Origin: an uncultured cyanobacterium
Lineage (GTDB): Bacteria > Cyanobacteriota > Cyanobacteriia > Cyanobacteriales > CAWCAG01
Reading direction: 5' to 3'
DNA length: 64,000 bases
Assembly (NCBI GenBank): GCA_963803805.1
Contig: CAWDOD010000003.1
Span: 480,001-544,000 of the forward strand
Shown here: positions 1-9,049 of the stretch, one piece after another
Numbering within the stretch: the first letter of the stretch is position 1
Layout: every line of letters starts with the position of its first letter
The notes under the pieces: model-generated
What the model saw: the letters and a program-made list of their open reading frames with translations, nothing else
Databases searched by the model: none
What the model was told of the DNA's origin: nothing
Made by a program: the position numbers and the translations under genes

Positions 1-288
1 CACCATAAAACTAGGTAAGGTTTCAAAAGTTACTTCCGACCCTAATTTCTCTTTAAGTTCTCCTAATGTCATACCAATTTTAGCTTCACCAATTCCTTGT
101 TCAGAAAGAGAAAATTCTTCTGAAGTGGGTGCATTTAAAGGTTGGGAAGTTGTAGGTGATTCTTTTTCTGGTGAAGACTCTGACTCAGTATTATTGTCTT
201 GATCTACCGAACCTGGTTCACCTTTAGGTTGAGGATTACAACCTGTGAGAATGAGTAGTAATATTGCTAAAAAATAGAGCGATTTCAT
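1..288 (-). CDS. Putative lipoprotein, partial (runs off the left edge)
   Basis: Read manually from ATG at 288: MKSLYFLAILLLILTGCNPQPKGEPGS..., a signal peptide with lipobox LTGC followed by an S/E/P-rich linker. Frame stays open to position 1. Confidence 0.75.
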   Translation of the reverse strand, partial: MKSLYFLAILLLILTGCNPQPKGEPGSVDQDNNTESESSPEKESPTTSQPLNAPTSEEFSLSEQGIGEAKIGMTLGELKEKLGSEVTFETLPSFMV

Positions 289-901
289 AATTAAATTAGT
301 TAGTAATTGATATTCCAGCTTTCCTTTACTGGTTTAAATTGGAGTTGGATTAAAAAGAACAGCAATAACAAAAAGGGATAATTTGTAACAATTACCCCTG
401 TAAAATTCAGTATGACATTTTTAAGTGGATGTGGAAGAAGATTTAACTAAGAATAAAATAGTGGAGATTATTGAGGTGATGATAGTAGGGGGGACAACAG
501 GATGCCCAGCGTTCATGATAGCGGCTTTTCTGACAGTAGTTTTGCCGATTACTTTCCCTGGTAGGTTGATAGTAATCTGAACAGGTAAATTGTCGCTTTA
601 AGCTTTGTTGATGATTCATTGCCTCGTTATTTACACCCAAAAGTTATCTTATACTCTAGTATTAAGTAACCAGAGTTGTGATCGTGTTTGCGCTTTGTCT
701 GCTTTTTGTATAAGTTGGGTATATTTTTTATAGCAATGCTGAGACGAATCCCTTTCCCCCTTAATCTTTAATTCTTACCCCTCAGTTGAACAGTTGCGAT
801 CGCCCCAGCAATAAAGAATAGGCTGTAGAAGGTTTAGAGCGCACTAAATTCGTAATTACAAAGCAAAATGAAAATTCTTTTACACATAAGGAGTTAAGTC
901 T

Positions 902-1480
902 GTGGTCAAAACTAAGTCAACCATGCTACCCATAGGGACAAAAGCCCCTGATTTTTCCCTCCCAGATACTGTTTCTGGTCAAACCATTTCCTTAGCCAAT
1001 TTTAGTGATAGTAAAGCTTTGTTGGTGATGTTTATTTGCCAACACTGCCCCTTTGTTAAGCGTGTAAAAACAGAATTTACGAGGTTAGGTAAAGACTATG
1101 TAGATCAAGGAGTTGGGATTGTTGCCATTAGTGCTAACGATGTAAAAAAACATCCCGATGATTCCCCAGAAAATCTTAAAGCAATGGCAGAAGAATTAGA
1201 TTTTAACTTTCCTTTTTGCTATGACGAAACCCAGGAAGTAGCGAAAAGTTATACAGCAGCTTGTACGCCGGATTTTTTCCTTTTTGATGGCGATCATAAG
1301 TTGGTTTACCGAGGTCAACTTGATGATAGTATCCTGGACGAAAACTTACCAGTAACAGGGAAAGATTTACGCTCAGCTATTGATAAAGTTTTAGCTGGGG
1401 AAGAAGTTGATTCAGAACAAAAACCAAGCCTCGGTTGCAATATTAAATGGATTCCAGGAAACGAACCAGCTTATTTTTAA
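902..1480 (+). CDS. Thioredoxin-fold AhpC/TSA-like redoxin
   Basis: GTG start after AAGGAG; APDFSLPD, CQHCPFV (CxxC), AACTPDFFLFD and GCNIKW motifs. Confidence 0.9.
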   Translation: MVKTKSTMLPIGTKAPDFSLPDTVSGQTISLANFSDSKALLVMFICQHCPFVKRVKTEFTRLGKDYVDQGVGIVAISANDVKKHPDDSPENLKAMAEELDFNFPFCYDETQEVAKSYTAACTPDFFLFDGDHKLVYRGQLDDSILDENLPVTGKDLRSAIDKVLAGEEVDSEQKPSLGCNIKWIPGNEPAYF

Positions 1481-1593
1481 TTTTAAGATTGTGAATGATG
1501 GTGTTTTTAAATGCAGAATAATAGGGAATAGTCACTCTTTCAATAGGACAGATAGCTACAAAGCTTTGTGAGAATTTATTGTTGATTGATTTT

Positions 1594-2169
1594 ATGAGAA
1601 GAAAAATAATTCTATCCCTACTTGGATTACTAACACTTAGTAGCATTAATGTATCCGCATTAAGTCAAGCTAACCCCACCACAGGAATTCAACGCCCTGT
1701 TTTACGCATAGGAAGCGAGGGAGAATATGTATCTCAGGTGCAAGCTGCCCTCAAGTTGTTGGGTTACTATAACGGAGAAGTTAATGGAATTTATAATGAA
1801 AGTACTGTGATCGCTATTTCTCGCTTTCAAGAAGTTGCTAATTTGGATGTCGATGGTATTGTGGGTTTAGCAACTTGGGTTCACCTCTTTCCGGTTACTC
1901 CACCCCAAAGTCCTCCTACTACAAGCCCAAGCAATAACAATAACTCAACTTCTACAGCCACCACCTTACCTATATTAAGAGAGGGGATGCAGGGGGAAGC
2001 TGTAGTAAAATTACAAACAAGATTAATAGCACTAGGGTTCTTGTCAGGAAGTGCCGATGGTTCTTTCGGCAAACAAACCCTAGCTGCTGTTCAAGCTGCC
2101 CAAGCAAATTTCAACTTAATAGCAGATGGGGTTGTAGGGGCAGCAACTTGGAGAGCATTATTACAATAA
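1594..2169 (+). CDS. Secreted protein with two peptidoglycan-binding domains
   Basis: Signal peptide, then two repeats of LRxGxxGxxVxxLQxxL..LG...DG.vG.aTW separated by a P/T/S/N linker. Confidence 0.85.
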   Translation: MRRKIILSLLGLLTLSSINVSALSQANPTTGIQRPVLRIGSEGEYVSQVQAALKLLGYYNGEVNGIYNESTVIAISRFQEVANLDVDGIVGLATWVHLFPVTPPQSPPTTSPSNNNNSTSTATTLPILREGMQGEAVVKLQTRLIALGFLSGSADGSFGKQTLAAVQAAQANFNLIADGVVGAATWRALLQ

Positions 2170-5100
2170 TGACTTCTGGTTGTTCCCTACTTGCCTTTTC
2201 ACAATGCGATCGCGCCCTTGCTCCTTCGCGGCATAAAGTGCTTCATCAGCCCTAGTAATCAAGTATTGTGGTTCCAGGCTAGGACTAGGTACAACTTGAG
2301 CAATACCAATACTCAAGGTAACATAATCACTAACCAAAGACTGAGCATGGGCAATCTTGAGCTTTTGTAGTTCAGAACGGACATTTTCAGCAACTTTCTC
2401 TGCTCCCTCGGCATTAGTATTGGGCAAAATGACCGCAAATTCTTCCCCACCATAACGAGCAACTAAATCAGCAGAGCGCTTAGCTGCACTAGTCATGGCT
2501 TGGGCTAGTTGCTTAAGGCATTCATCCCCTGCTTGATGCCCGTAGGTATCATTGTAAAGTTTAAAATAATCTACATCGCATAATAGCAAAGCTAAGGGTT
2601 GTTTTTCCCTAGCTAACCTTTGCCACTCCGAATTAAGATACTCATCAAACTGACGGCGATTAGCTACTTGAGTTAAACCATCTAGGGTAGCCAAACGATG
2701 TAATTGCTTATTAGCCTCTTCTAATTGCTGATACAATTGCCCTTGATTGATAGCGATCGCTACTTGAGTTGCTAATTGTTTGAGCAATTCTATATCTGTA
2801 GATTGCCAAACTCTGGGGCTACGACAATGATGAGCAATCATTAATCCCCATAGCTTTTCTCTATTTAAAATCGGTACTACTAAGTTAGCTTTAACCTGAT
2901 AACGAGTAAGCATCTCCAAATGACAAGGTTTAATACCGGCTTCTTGAACATTGTTTATAGCAGCTATTCTGCCTTGGCGATAAAGAGGAGCAGATTTAGC
3001 TTGAAAACAAGAATCTTCAATGGTTTTTCCAAAAGTAGGTATCCATTCCCTTCCTACGGATTCAACTACTATCTTGCCATTCCAATCAGGAGAAAATTCG
3101 TAAAGAATAACCCGATCCGTTTGTAAAAATTCCCGAATTTGTGTAACTGTAGTATTGAGAATTTCTCCTAAATTTAAAGAAGAGAGAATTTGCTGAGCGA
3201 TTTTGGCTATTAACTGCTCTCTATTTGCTTGTTGAACAATAATTTCTAATTGTTGGTGGGAAGTGTTACGTTGTTCGTAGGTTTGCTGAGAAGTAATTCC
3301 CTCTTTGGCTTCATTATTTATGGATACACTTTTGCGGAGATATTCCTGAGCTTTTTGAGCTGGCAGAGGTTCACTGAAAAGATAACCTTGAACTAAATCA
3401 CAGTTGAGGGAACGCAGAAAATCTAATTGTTGCAGGTTTTCTACCCCTTCGGCTATTACTCGTAAATTTAATTTTTGCCCCAAGGCTATTACTGCCCTAA
3501 TAATTGCGGCATCTGTCTTGTCAGAGATAGAATCTTTCACAAAACATTGGTCTATCTTTAAAGTATTGAGGGGAAAAAATTTTACAGAATTGAGGGAAGA
3601 ATAGCCAATACCAAAATCATCAATAGCAATTTGAATACCCATTTGTCGAAGTTGATGCAAGGTACGAGTGGTAAACTCTACATCTTGCATAGCAGTTGTT
3701 TCGGTGATCTCAATTTCTAAATCAGCAGGATTCATCTCCGTTTCAACCAAAATAGCTACTAAATCCCCAACTAAATCAGGTTGACTAAACTGACGGGCTG
3801 ATAAGTTAACCGCCACTCTAATATCACCAAAGCCTTCTTTTTGCCAGCGTACTTGTTGCTGGCAAGCTTCTTTAATAACCCATTCTCCTAGTTCACAGAT
3901 TAAATCAGTTTCTTCTGCAAAAGGAATAAATTGATTGGGAGAGACAAACCCTCGTATGGGGTGCTGCCAACGAATTAAAGCTTCCATAGCCACAACTTGG
4001 CCGGTTTGAAGAGCAATTTGGGGTTGATAATAAAGTACAAATTCATTTTTTAGTAAAGAAGAACGTAAATCTGCTTCAATGCTGAGGGGATTGAGGGAAG
4101 GGTTAAGGGAAGGAGAGTACATTTGATAAGTATTTTTTCCTTGCTGCTTAGCGCTATACATAGCAGATTCAGCATTGAGTAGTATGGTTTCTACATCAGA
4201 ACCATCATAGGGGGTAAGGGCAATACCTAAACTTGCTGTTATGTAAACCTGTTGCTCTGCTAAAGAAAAAGGCTGACTTAAACAAGCTTGAATTTGCTGG
4301 ATTCTTGTTTCTACAAAGTCTCCTGTAGCCCCTTGAATATTCTGCAATAAGAACACAAACTCATCTGCTGCCCAGTGTGCCATCACATCATCTTTTTCTA
4401 GGGTTTGCTCCAATCTTTGAGCTACGAGTTGTAGTAATTTGTCCCCAATAGTATGGCCGAGGGCTTTGTTTACCTGCTTAAATCTATCTAAGTCTAAAAA
4501 TATCACTACCATCAATTCCCCTGTACGATTAGCTTTTAACAAAGCCAGGGAAAGTTGTTGATTAAATAGTTGGCGATTAGGTAAACGGGTTAAGGCATCT
4601 CGTTGGGCTTGAAGCTTGAGGGTTGATTCTACTTGTTGCTGTCGTTTTGTGGTGTAAATACGCTCAGCGATCGCTTGAGCTATTTTTAGATGGTTAGGAT
4701 TCCAAGGTTGAGACTGATTTTTTTTTATTTCTTTCCAAGGTAAAAAAGATTGGCGGGGGCGGCAGTCACTAGGGGCTGCATTTTGATTGCCAGCCCAAAT
4801 TATTTCTGTATCGTACCCTGGACGAAAAATGCTTAGATAGCCTATATTTTCTGATCTATTTTGCAGAGAGATTATTAAAACTGATTGGATAGAAGTAGAG
4901 GCAAAATACTGGTAGAGAGAAGTAAGGCGAGGAATAATTTGAGGCGTGAGATCAATTACGTAGTAAGGAAAATGCTCCGGTTGCTCAGAGCCATTTTGAA
5001 GATAATTAACCACTAAATAATGCCAATCAGAGGTTTTCTCTAATTGAGCAATTTCTGGCTGTTCTCCACAAGTATAAATCTGTTCTGCTTTTTTAAATTC

Positions 5101-5790
5101 ATTCACTAAATACAACCTGCCCCCGCAGCCATCTAAAGCAGAGACGCTGAAATCTAATACCGTTTGCCAAGGTTCTACTGATGATGAAGTTGCCAAAAAA
5201 CTGCTAATTTGAGCAATTATTGCTTCCTGGCTCATTAAAGCACGAGATTGAGCTTCCAGCCTTTCTCCTGCAATTGCTAAGGATAAGCGTTCTAAAAGCA
5301 GCTCAATTTCTGAGAAAGAACCTTCTTGCCACTGTCGAGGAGAGAGATAGTGAATAGCTAACAAACCCCAAAGTTCTCCACTATCAAAAATAGGAAAGGT
5401 AGCTGAAGATTTTATGCCCAAGCTACGTAAATATTCCACATGACAAGGAGCAACAGAATCATAACTTTGTTGAAGATTTTGTCCTGTTGATTCTATCGTT
5501 GAGCGAGCTAAGGTAGCATCAACTATAACTCTTCCCCTAGAAGCCATTAGTTTTTTACGGGCTGAGGGAGGGATATCTTCGGCAGGAAAGTGTAAGCCAA
5601 GGAGGGAAGGTAAGTTATTGTTACGTATCGATTCAGCAATAACCACCCCTGTTCCATCAGCCTCAAAGCGATAAATCTTAACTCGATCTACCTCTAATAA
5701 AGAACTAACTTCTTCAACAATAAGGTCAAGTATTTCTTGTAAAGACCCTGACTTTTTAAGACTATCATTTAAACTTCTAGAGGGAAACAT
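2161..5790 (-). CDS. cph2: Cph2-type photoreceptor / c-di-GMP enzyme: GAF-GAF-GGDEF(degenerate)-EAL-CBCR GAF-GGDEF
   Basis: Phytochrome GAF (FPAEDIP, PCHVEYL), second GAF, AADEF, EAL (MEALIRW, IDDFGIGYSS), DXCF-type CBCR GAF (EDSCF...PCH) and C-terminal RYGGEEF; same domain order as Synechocystis Cph2. Confidence 0.85.
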   Translation of the reverse strand: MFPSRSLNDSLKKSGSLQEILDLIVEEVSSLLEVDRVKIYRFEADGTGVVIAESIRNNNLPSLLGLHFPAEDIPPSARKKLMASRGRVIVDATLARSTIESTGQNLQQSYDSVAPCHVEYLRSLGIKSSATFPIFDSGELWGLLAIHYLSPRQWQEGSFSEIELLLERLSLAIAGERLEAQSRALMSQEAIIAQISSFLATSSSVEPWQTVLDFSVSALDGCGGRLYLVNEFKKAEQIYTCGEQPEIAQLEKTSDWHYLVVNYLQNGSEQPEHFPYYVIDLTPQIIPRLTSLYQYFASTSIQSVLIISLQNRSENIGYLSIFRPGYDTEIIWAGNQNAAPSDCRPRQSFLPWKEIKKNQSQPWNPNHLKIAQAIAERIYTTKRQQQVESTLKLQAQRDALTRLPNRQLFNQQLSLALLKANRTGELMVVIFLDLDRFKQVNKALGHTIGDKLLQLVAQRLEQTLEKDDVMAHWAADEFVFLLQNIQGATGDFVETRIQQIQACLSQPFSLAEQQVYITASLGIALTPYDGSDVETILLNAESAMYSAKQQGKNTYQMYSPSLNPSLNPLSIEADLRSSLLKNEFVLYYQPQIALQTGQVVAMEALIRWQHPIRGFVSPNQFIPFAEETDLICELGEWVIKEACQQQVRWQKEGFGDIRVAVNLSARQFSQPDLVGDLVAILVETEMNPADLEIEITETTAMQDVEFTTRTLHQLRQMGIQIAIDDFGIGYSSLNSVKFFPLNTLKIDQCFVKDSISDKTDAAIIRAVIALGQKLNLRVIAEGVENLQQLDFLRSLNCDLVQGYLFSEPLPAQKAQEYLRKSVSINNEAKEGITSQQTYEQRNTSHQQLEIIVQQANREQLIAKIAQQILSSLNLGEILNTTVTQIREFLQTDRVILYEFSPDWNGKIVVESVGREWIPTFGKTIEDSCFQAKSAPLYRQGRIAAINNVQEAGIKPCHLEMLTRYQVKANLVVPILNREKLWGLMIAHHCRSPRVWQSTDIELLKQLATQVAIAINQGQLYQQLEEANKQLHRLATLDGLTQVANRRQFDEYLNSEWQRLAREKQPLALLLCDVDYFKLYNDTYGHQAGDECLKQLAQAMTSAAKRSADLVARYGGEEFAVILPNTNAEGAEKVAENVRSELQKLKIAHAQSLVSDYVTLSIGIAQVVPSPSLEPQYLITRADEALYAAKEQGRDRIVKRQVGNNQKSLL

Positions 5791-5930
5791 AGAGAGCTAT
5801 CAATGAATCAAATAGATTGGGCTGAGCTTAGTTATTTGACTCATATTAACAAATATTAAGACCATTTTTGTTTACTCTTGGCTGTATATATATTCTCCAC
5901 CATGGTTAATTTATAGCTTGATTCCGTAGT

Positions 5931-5964
5931 CAAGATTTATTTTTTTCAAAAAAAATAAATCTTG
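5931..5964. repeat. 34-bp palindrome in the divergent cph2/globin intergenic region
   Basis: CAAGATTTATTTTTTT-CA-AAAAAAATAAATCTTG, 16-bp perfect arms. Confidence 0.85.
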
Positions 5965-6072
5965 TAGTCTTTTCCAAAAAACTTGGCTAGATCTTGTTTA
6001 TTAGGTAATAATTGTCTTGTCATTACCAGATTGTCTACTAAGGTCAAAATAAAATTGAGATTGACTGAATAG

Positions 6073-6966
6073 ATGGCAAGCCTTAATTATAAACAGAGAT
6101 TAAAAAAATTAAACAACAGCTTGTTAGAGGATAGCTGTAAAGAAATTCAGGTCTATGGTAAGGATTTTATCCGTACTTTCTATGAATATCTTTTTGGTAT
6201 TTATCCTGAATTAAAACCCCTATTTGCCCATGCTAACTCAAGAAAACAAGAAAGTCTACTATTAGACTTCTTAGCTTTTTTCACTCAAAACCTATCCAAT
6301 CCGGAGCTTTTAATCGCCCATTTAAAAGGTCTAGGGGCGAGACACGTTAAATACGGAGTTAGAGCAGAATATTATCCTCTTTTCGGGGCTGCTTTACTCA
6401 ATACTTTTACTCAGTATTTCAAGAAAGACTGGACAGAAGAATTAGACCAGGCATGGCTAGATGCTTACCAAGCGATCGCCGCTTTAATGCTTGAAGGAGC
6501 CGAATATGATGCTGAAGTTTTACTTCTTAAGAAAAAGTCTGAAGAAATTTTAGAAAAACAATCTTATTCTCCAGAAGAGCTTATTAAAATCAGCTTTTTA
6601 GAACTTAAGCCTTCCTTAAAAGAGTTTGTACGCACTTTCTATAAAAATCTTTTTGCAAGTTATCCAGAAATAGCGGTTTTGTTCACTAATACTTTTATAA
6701 TTCAGCAAGAAAAACTATTTATTACTTCTCTATGTTTTGTGGTAGAAAATTCTACTAAATTCGAGCTACTTGAAGCTAAGTTGAAGGGCTTAGGGGCAAG
6801 ACATATCAAGTATGGAGTATTACCAGATTACTATCCACTTTTTGGTCATGTTTTACTAAAGACTTTAGCCCAGTACTTAAAAGGAAACTGGACAATAGAA
6901 GTAGAAAGAGCATGGTTAGATTTATATAATCTCATTACTTCTCTAATGCTGCAAGAAAAGGAATAA
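6073..6966 (+). CDS. Tandem two-domain globin (flavohemoglobin/Vitreoscilla-like globin fold, twice)
   Basis: Two copies of TFY..LF..YPE...LF, Q.., LKGLGARH(V/I)KYGV...YYPLFG..LL.T..QY....WT.E...AW. Confidence 0.85.
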   Translation: MASLNYKQRLKKLNNSLLEDSCKEIQVYGKDFIRTFYEYLFGIYPELKPLFAHANSRKQESLLLDFLAFFTQNLSNPELLIAHLKGLGARHVKYGVRAEYYPLFGAALLNTFTQYFKKDWTEELDQAWLDAYQAIAALMLEGAEYDAEVLLLKKKSEEILEKQSYSPEELIKISFLELKPSLKEFVRTFYKNLFASYPEIAVLFTNTFIIQQEKLFITSLCFVVENSTKFELLEAKLKGLGARHIKYGVLPDYYPLFGHVLLKTLAQYLKGNWTIEVERAWLDLYNLITSLMLQEKE

Positions 6967-6973
6967 CTAGACT

Positions 6974-7522
6974 CTAATTTGAATAAGCTGTACTAGGATG
7001 GCCGTACAAAGGAGCAAATAAACAAGAAACTAGAGAACGCTGTTCGTAATCTGTGGTTAAATGAGTTTTACTAATATTAATGGTTATTTCTGATTTTTTA
7101 GCACCAGTCAGGTTCACACGAGTCAAATTCGCACTAGTTAAATCAGCACCGCTTAAATCAGCACCGCTTAAATCAGCACCGCTTAAATCAGCACCGCTTA
7201 AATCAGCACCTCGTAAATCAGCACCGCTTAAATTTGCTTCCCGTAAATTCGCTTCACTCAAATCTGCTGCGGTAAATTCTGCATAACTTAAATCAGCGCC
7301 ACTCAAATTAGCACCTGCCAAATTAGCCCCTTCAAAAATAGCTAGATTGAGCTTGGCTTGGCAGAAATTAATTTTCTTCAAGTTAAGCCAACCAAAGTTT
7401 TCATCACCGAAATTAAGTTGCTCAAAATTACGTTCTCCTGCGGCATATCGCTGCAAAAGTTCTGGAAGAGAAATTTGTTTCAAGTTGTTTGTATTAGTAG
7501 CACCTTGTTGTAAAAACACCAT
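6974..7522 (-). CDS. Pentapeptide repeat protein
   Basis: ELLQRYAAGERNF N-cap followed by A(D/N)LxG repeats. Confidence 0.9.
   Translation of the reverse strand: MVFLQQGATNTNNLKQISLPELLQRYAAGERNFEQLNFGDENFGWLNLKKINFCQAKLNLAIFEGANLAGANLSGADLSYAEFTAADLSEANLREANLSGADLRGADLSGADLSGADLSGADLSGADLTSANLTRVNLTGAKKSEITINISKTHLTTDYEQRSLVSCLFAPLYGHPSTAYSN
7138..7233. repeat. 15-nt tandem repeat (TTAAATCAGCACCGC) inside the pentapeptide gene
   Basis: Four identical copies at 7138-7197 plus two near-identical copies. Confidence 0.9.
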
Positions 7523-7780
7523 AAAAACTTCCAGTTGATTTGAGGGTTAGTTATTTTCTCAGTATGGAAGGCAAAGATCCGTGATCACGTTCGCGTAATG
7601 TATAACTTTAGGACTGACACAGGGAAACGATAAATCAAGCGATCGCAACTAGATTATTCCTTCTAGACCAGTTACATTAGCAATACAAAAATAGGGAGTA
7701 AATTTAGCTGTTAGCTGTATTTGAGGGGCAAACATATATGATATAGCCTTAAGCAAAACTCCCAATTATGAGCTTAGGGT

Positions 7781-8974
7781 ATGAACTCACCGCAAGCCAA
7801 TTCTTTCCCCATCAAGGCGACATTACTACTAACCAGTACCCTCACAGTTATGTCAGGGGCTACTATCGCGCCCTCTCTTCCTGGGATGCAAGAGTATTTT
7901 GCTAATGTAGAAAATTCTGCGCTTTTAGTCCGTTTAGTGCTAACTATTCCCGCTTTATTCATTGCGATCGGAGGACTTTTTGCTGGGCAATTGGTTGATC
8001 GTATCGGGCGCAAACCCTTACTAATTGCTTCCACTTTATTTTATGGACTTGCTGGGGGTTCTGGTTTTATTTTAAACTCCCTTGGAACTATTCTTATCGG
8101 TCGTGCCTTGTTGGGGCTAGCTGTAGCAGGTGTGATGACGGGGGTGACTACTTTGATTGCCGATTATTATACAGGTCAAAAGCGAGCCAATTTTATGGGC
8201 TTGCAAGCAGCTTTCATGGGTTTGGGAGGGGTAATATTCCTTTCTGTCGGTGGCTTCATTGCTGATTTTAATTGGCGTTTTCCTTTCCTAATTTACTTCT
8301 CAGCTTGGGGTATTTTAGGAGCGATCACCCTAACCCTATACGAACCAAATCGTGAAGTAAATAACCAGATTAAAGACTCATCCCAAACAGATCAGCCAAG
8401 TATGCCTATAGCAGCCCTAGCGATGATCTATGGCATCTCTTTGTTTTATATGGTGGCATTTTATTTAATTCCTGTACAGCTACCTTTTTACCTACAAAGC
8501 CTCAATAATGAGAGTGCTTCTGCGAGTGGTTTAGCCATCGCCGCTTCGACTTTAGCTAGTGCAATTTCCTCTTTTCGATATGGCTTTGTTAAAAAACGTT
8601 TAGGCTTTGTCAGTATTGTGGTTTTGGCTTTTGGCATCGCAGCAGTAGGCTATTTTATTATTGGTATGGCTAGTAGTTATCAACTCGTCTTAGTTGGTTT
8701 AATTATTGCTGGGTTTGGCTTTGGCTTATTAATGCCCAACTTAAATGTTTGGCTATCTAGCATTATCCCCAATTCTCTACGAGGTAGGGCCTTAGGAGGC
8801 TTAACCACTTTCTTTTTCCTCGGTCAGTTTTTATCTCCGCTTGTGTCTCAACCTATAACTAATTTCCTCGGCTTAGACAAAACTTATAGCTTTGCCGGAG
8901 TTGCTTTACTATTAGTTGCTTTAGGCTTTTTCGCTCTTAAAAAACAGGTTAAATCTTTTTGTGAAAGCTGTTAG
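7781..8974 (+). CDS. MFS transporter
   Basis: About 12 hydrophobic segments; MFS motif A GQLVDRIGRK. Confidence 0.9.
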   Translation: MNSPQANSFPIKATLLLTSTLTVMSGATIAPSLPGMQEYFANVENSALLVRLVLTIPALFIAIGGLFAGQLVDRIGRKPLLIASTLFYGLAGGSGFILNSLGTILIGRALLGLAVAGVMTGVTTLIADYYTGQKRANFMGLQAAFMGLGGVIFLSVGGFIADFNWRFPFLIYFSAWGILGAITLTLYEPNREVNNQIKDSSQTDQPSMPIAALAMIYGISLFYMVAFYLIPVQLPFYLQSLNNESASASGLAIAASTLASAISSFRYGFVKKRLGFVSIVVLAFGIAAVGYFIIGMASSYQLVLVGLIIAGFGFGLLMPNLNVWLSSIIPNSLRGRALGGLTTFFFLGQFLSPLVSQPITNFLGLDKTYSFAGVALLLVALGFFALKKQVKSFCESC

Positions 8975-9005
8975 TATTTATCATTTATCCTGAGCTAGCA
9001 TAGAA

Positions 9006-9036
9006 TTCTAGGGACGCAAATCTTACGCCCCTAGAA
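9006..9036. terminator. REP-like hairpin, probable bidirectional terminator between convergent MFS gene and icd
   Basis: TTCTAGGGACG-caaatctta-CGCCCCTAGAA imperfect inverted repeat. Confidence 0.6.
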
Positions 9037-9049
9037 GATAATTTGTTAC

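Noticed and set aside
7138-7233. Possible CRISPR array
   Set aside because: Head-to-tail 15-mers with no spacers, inside a CDS; no repeat-spacer array or cas gene seen in the window
7080-7286. ORF with KSAPL repeats
   Set aside because: Antisense shadow of the pentapeptide repeats
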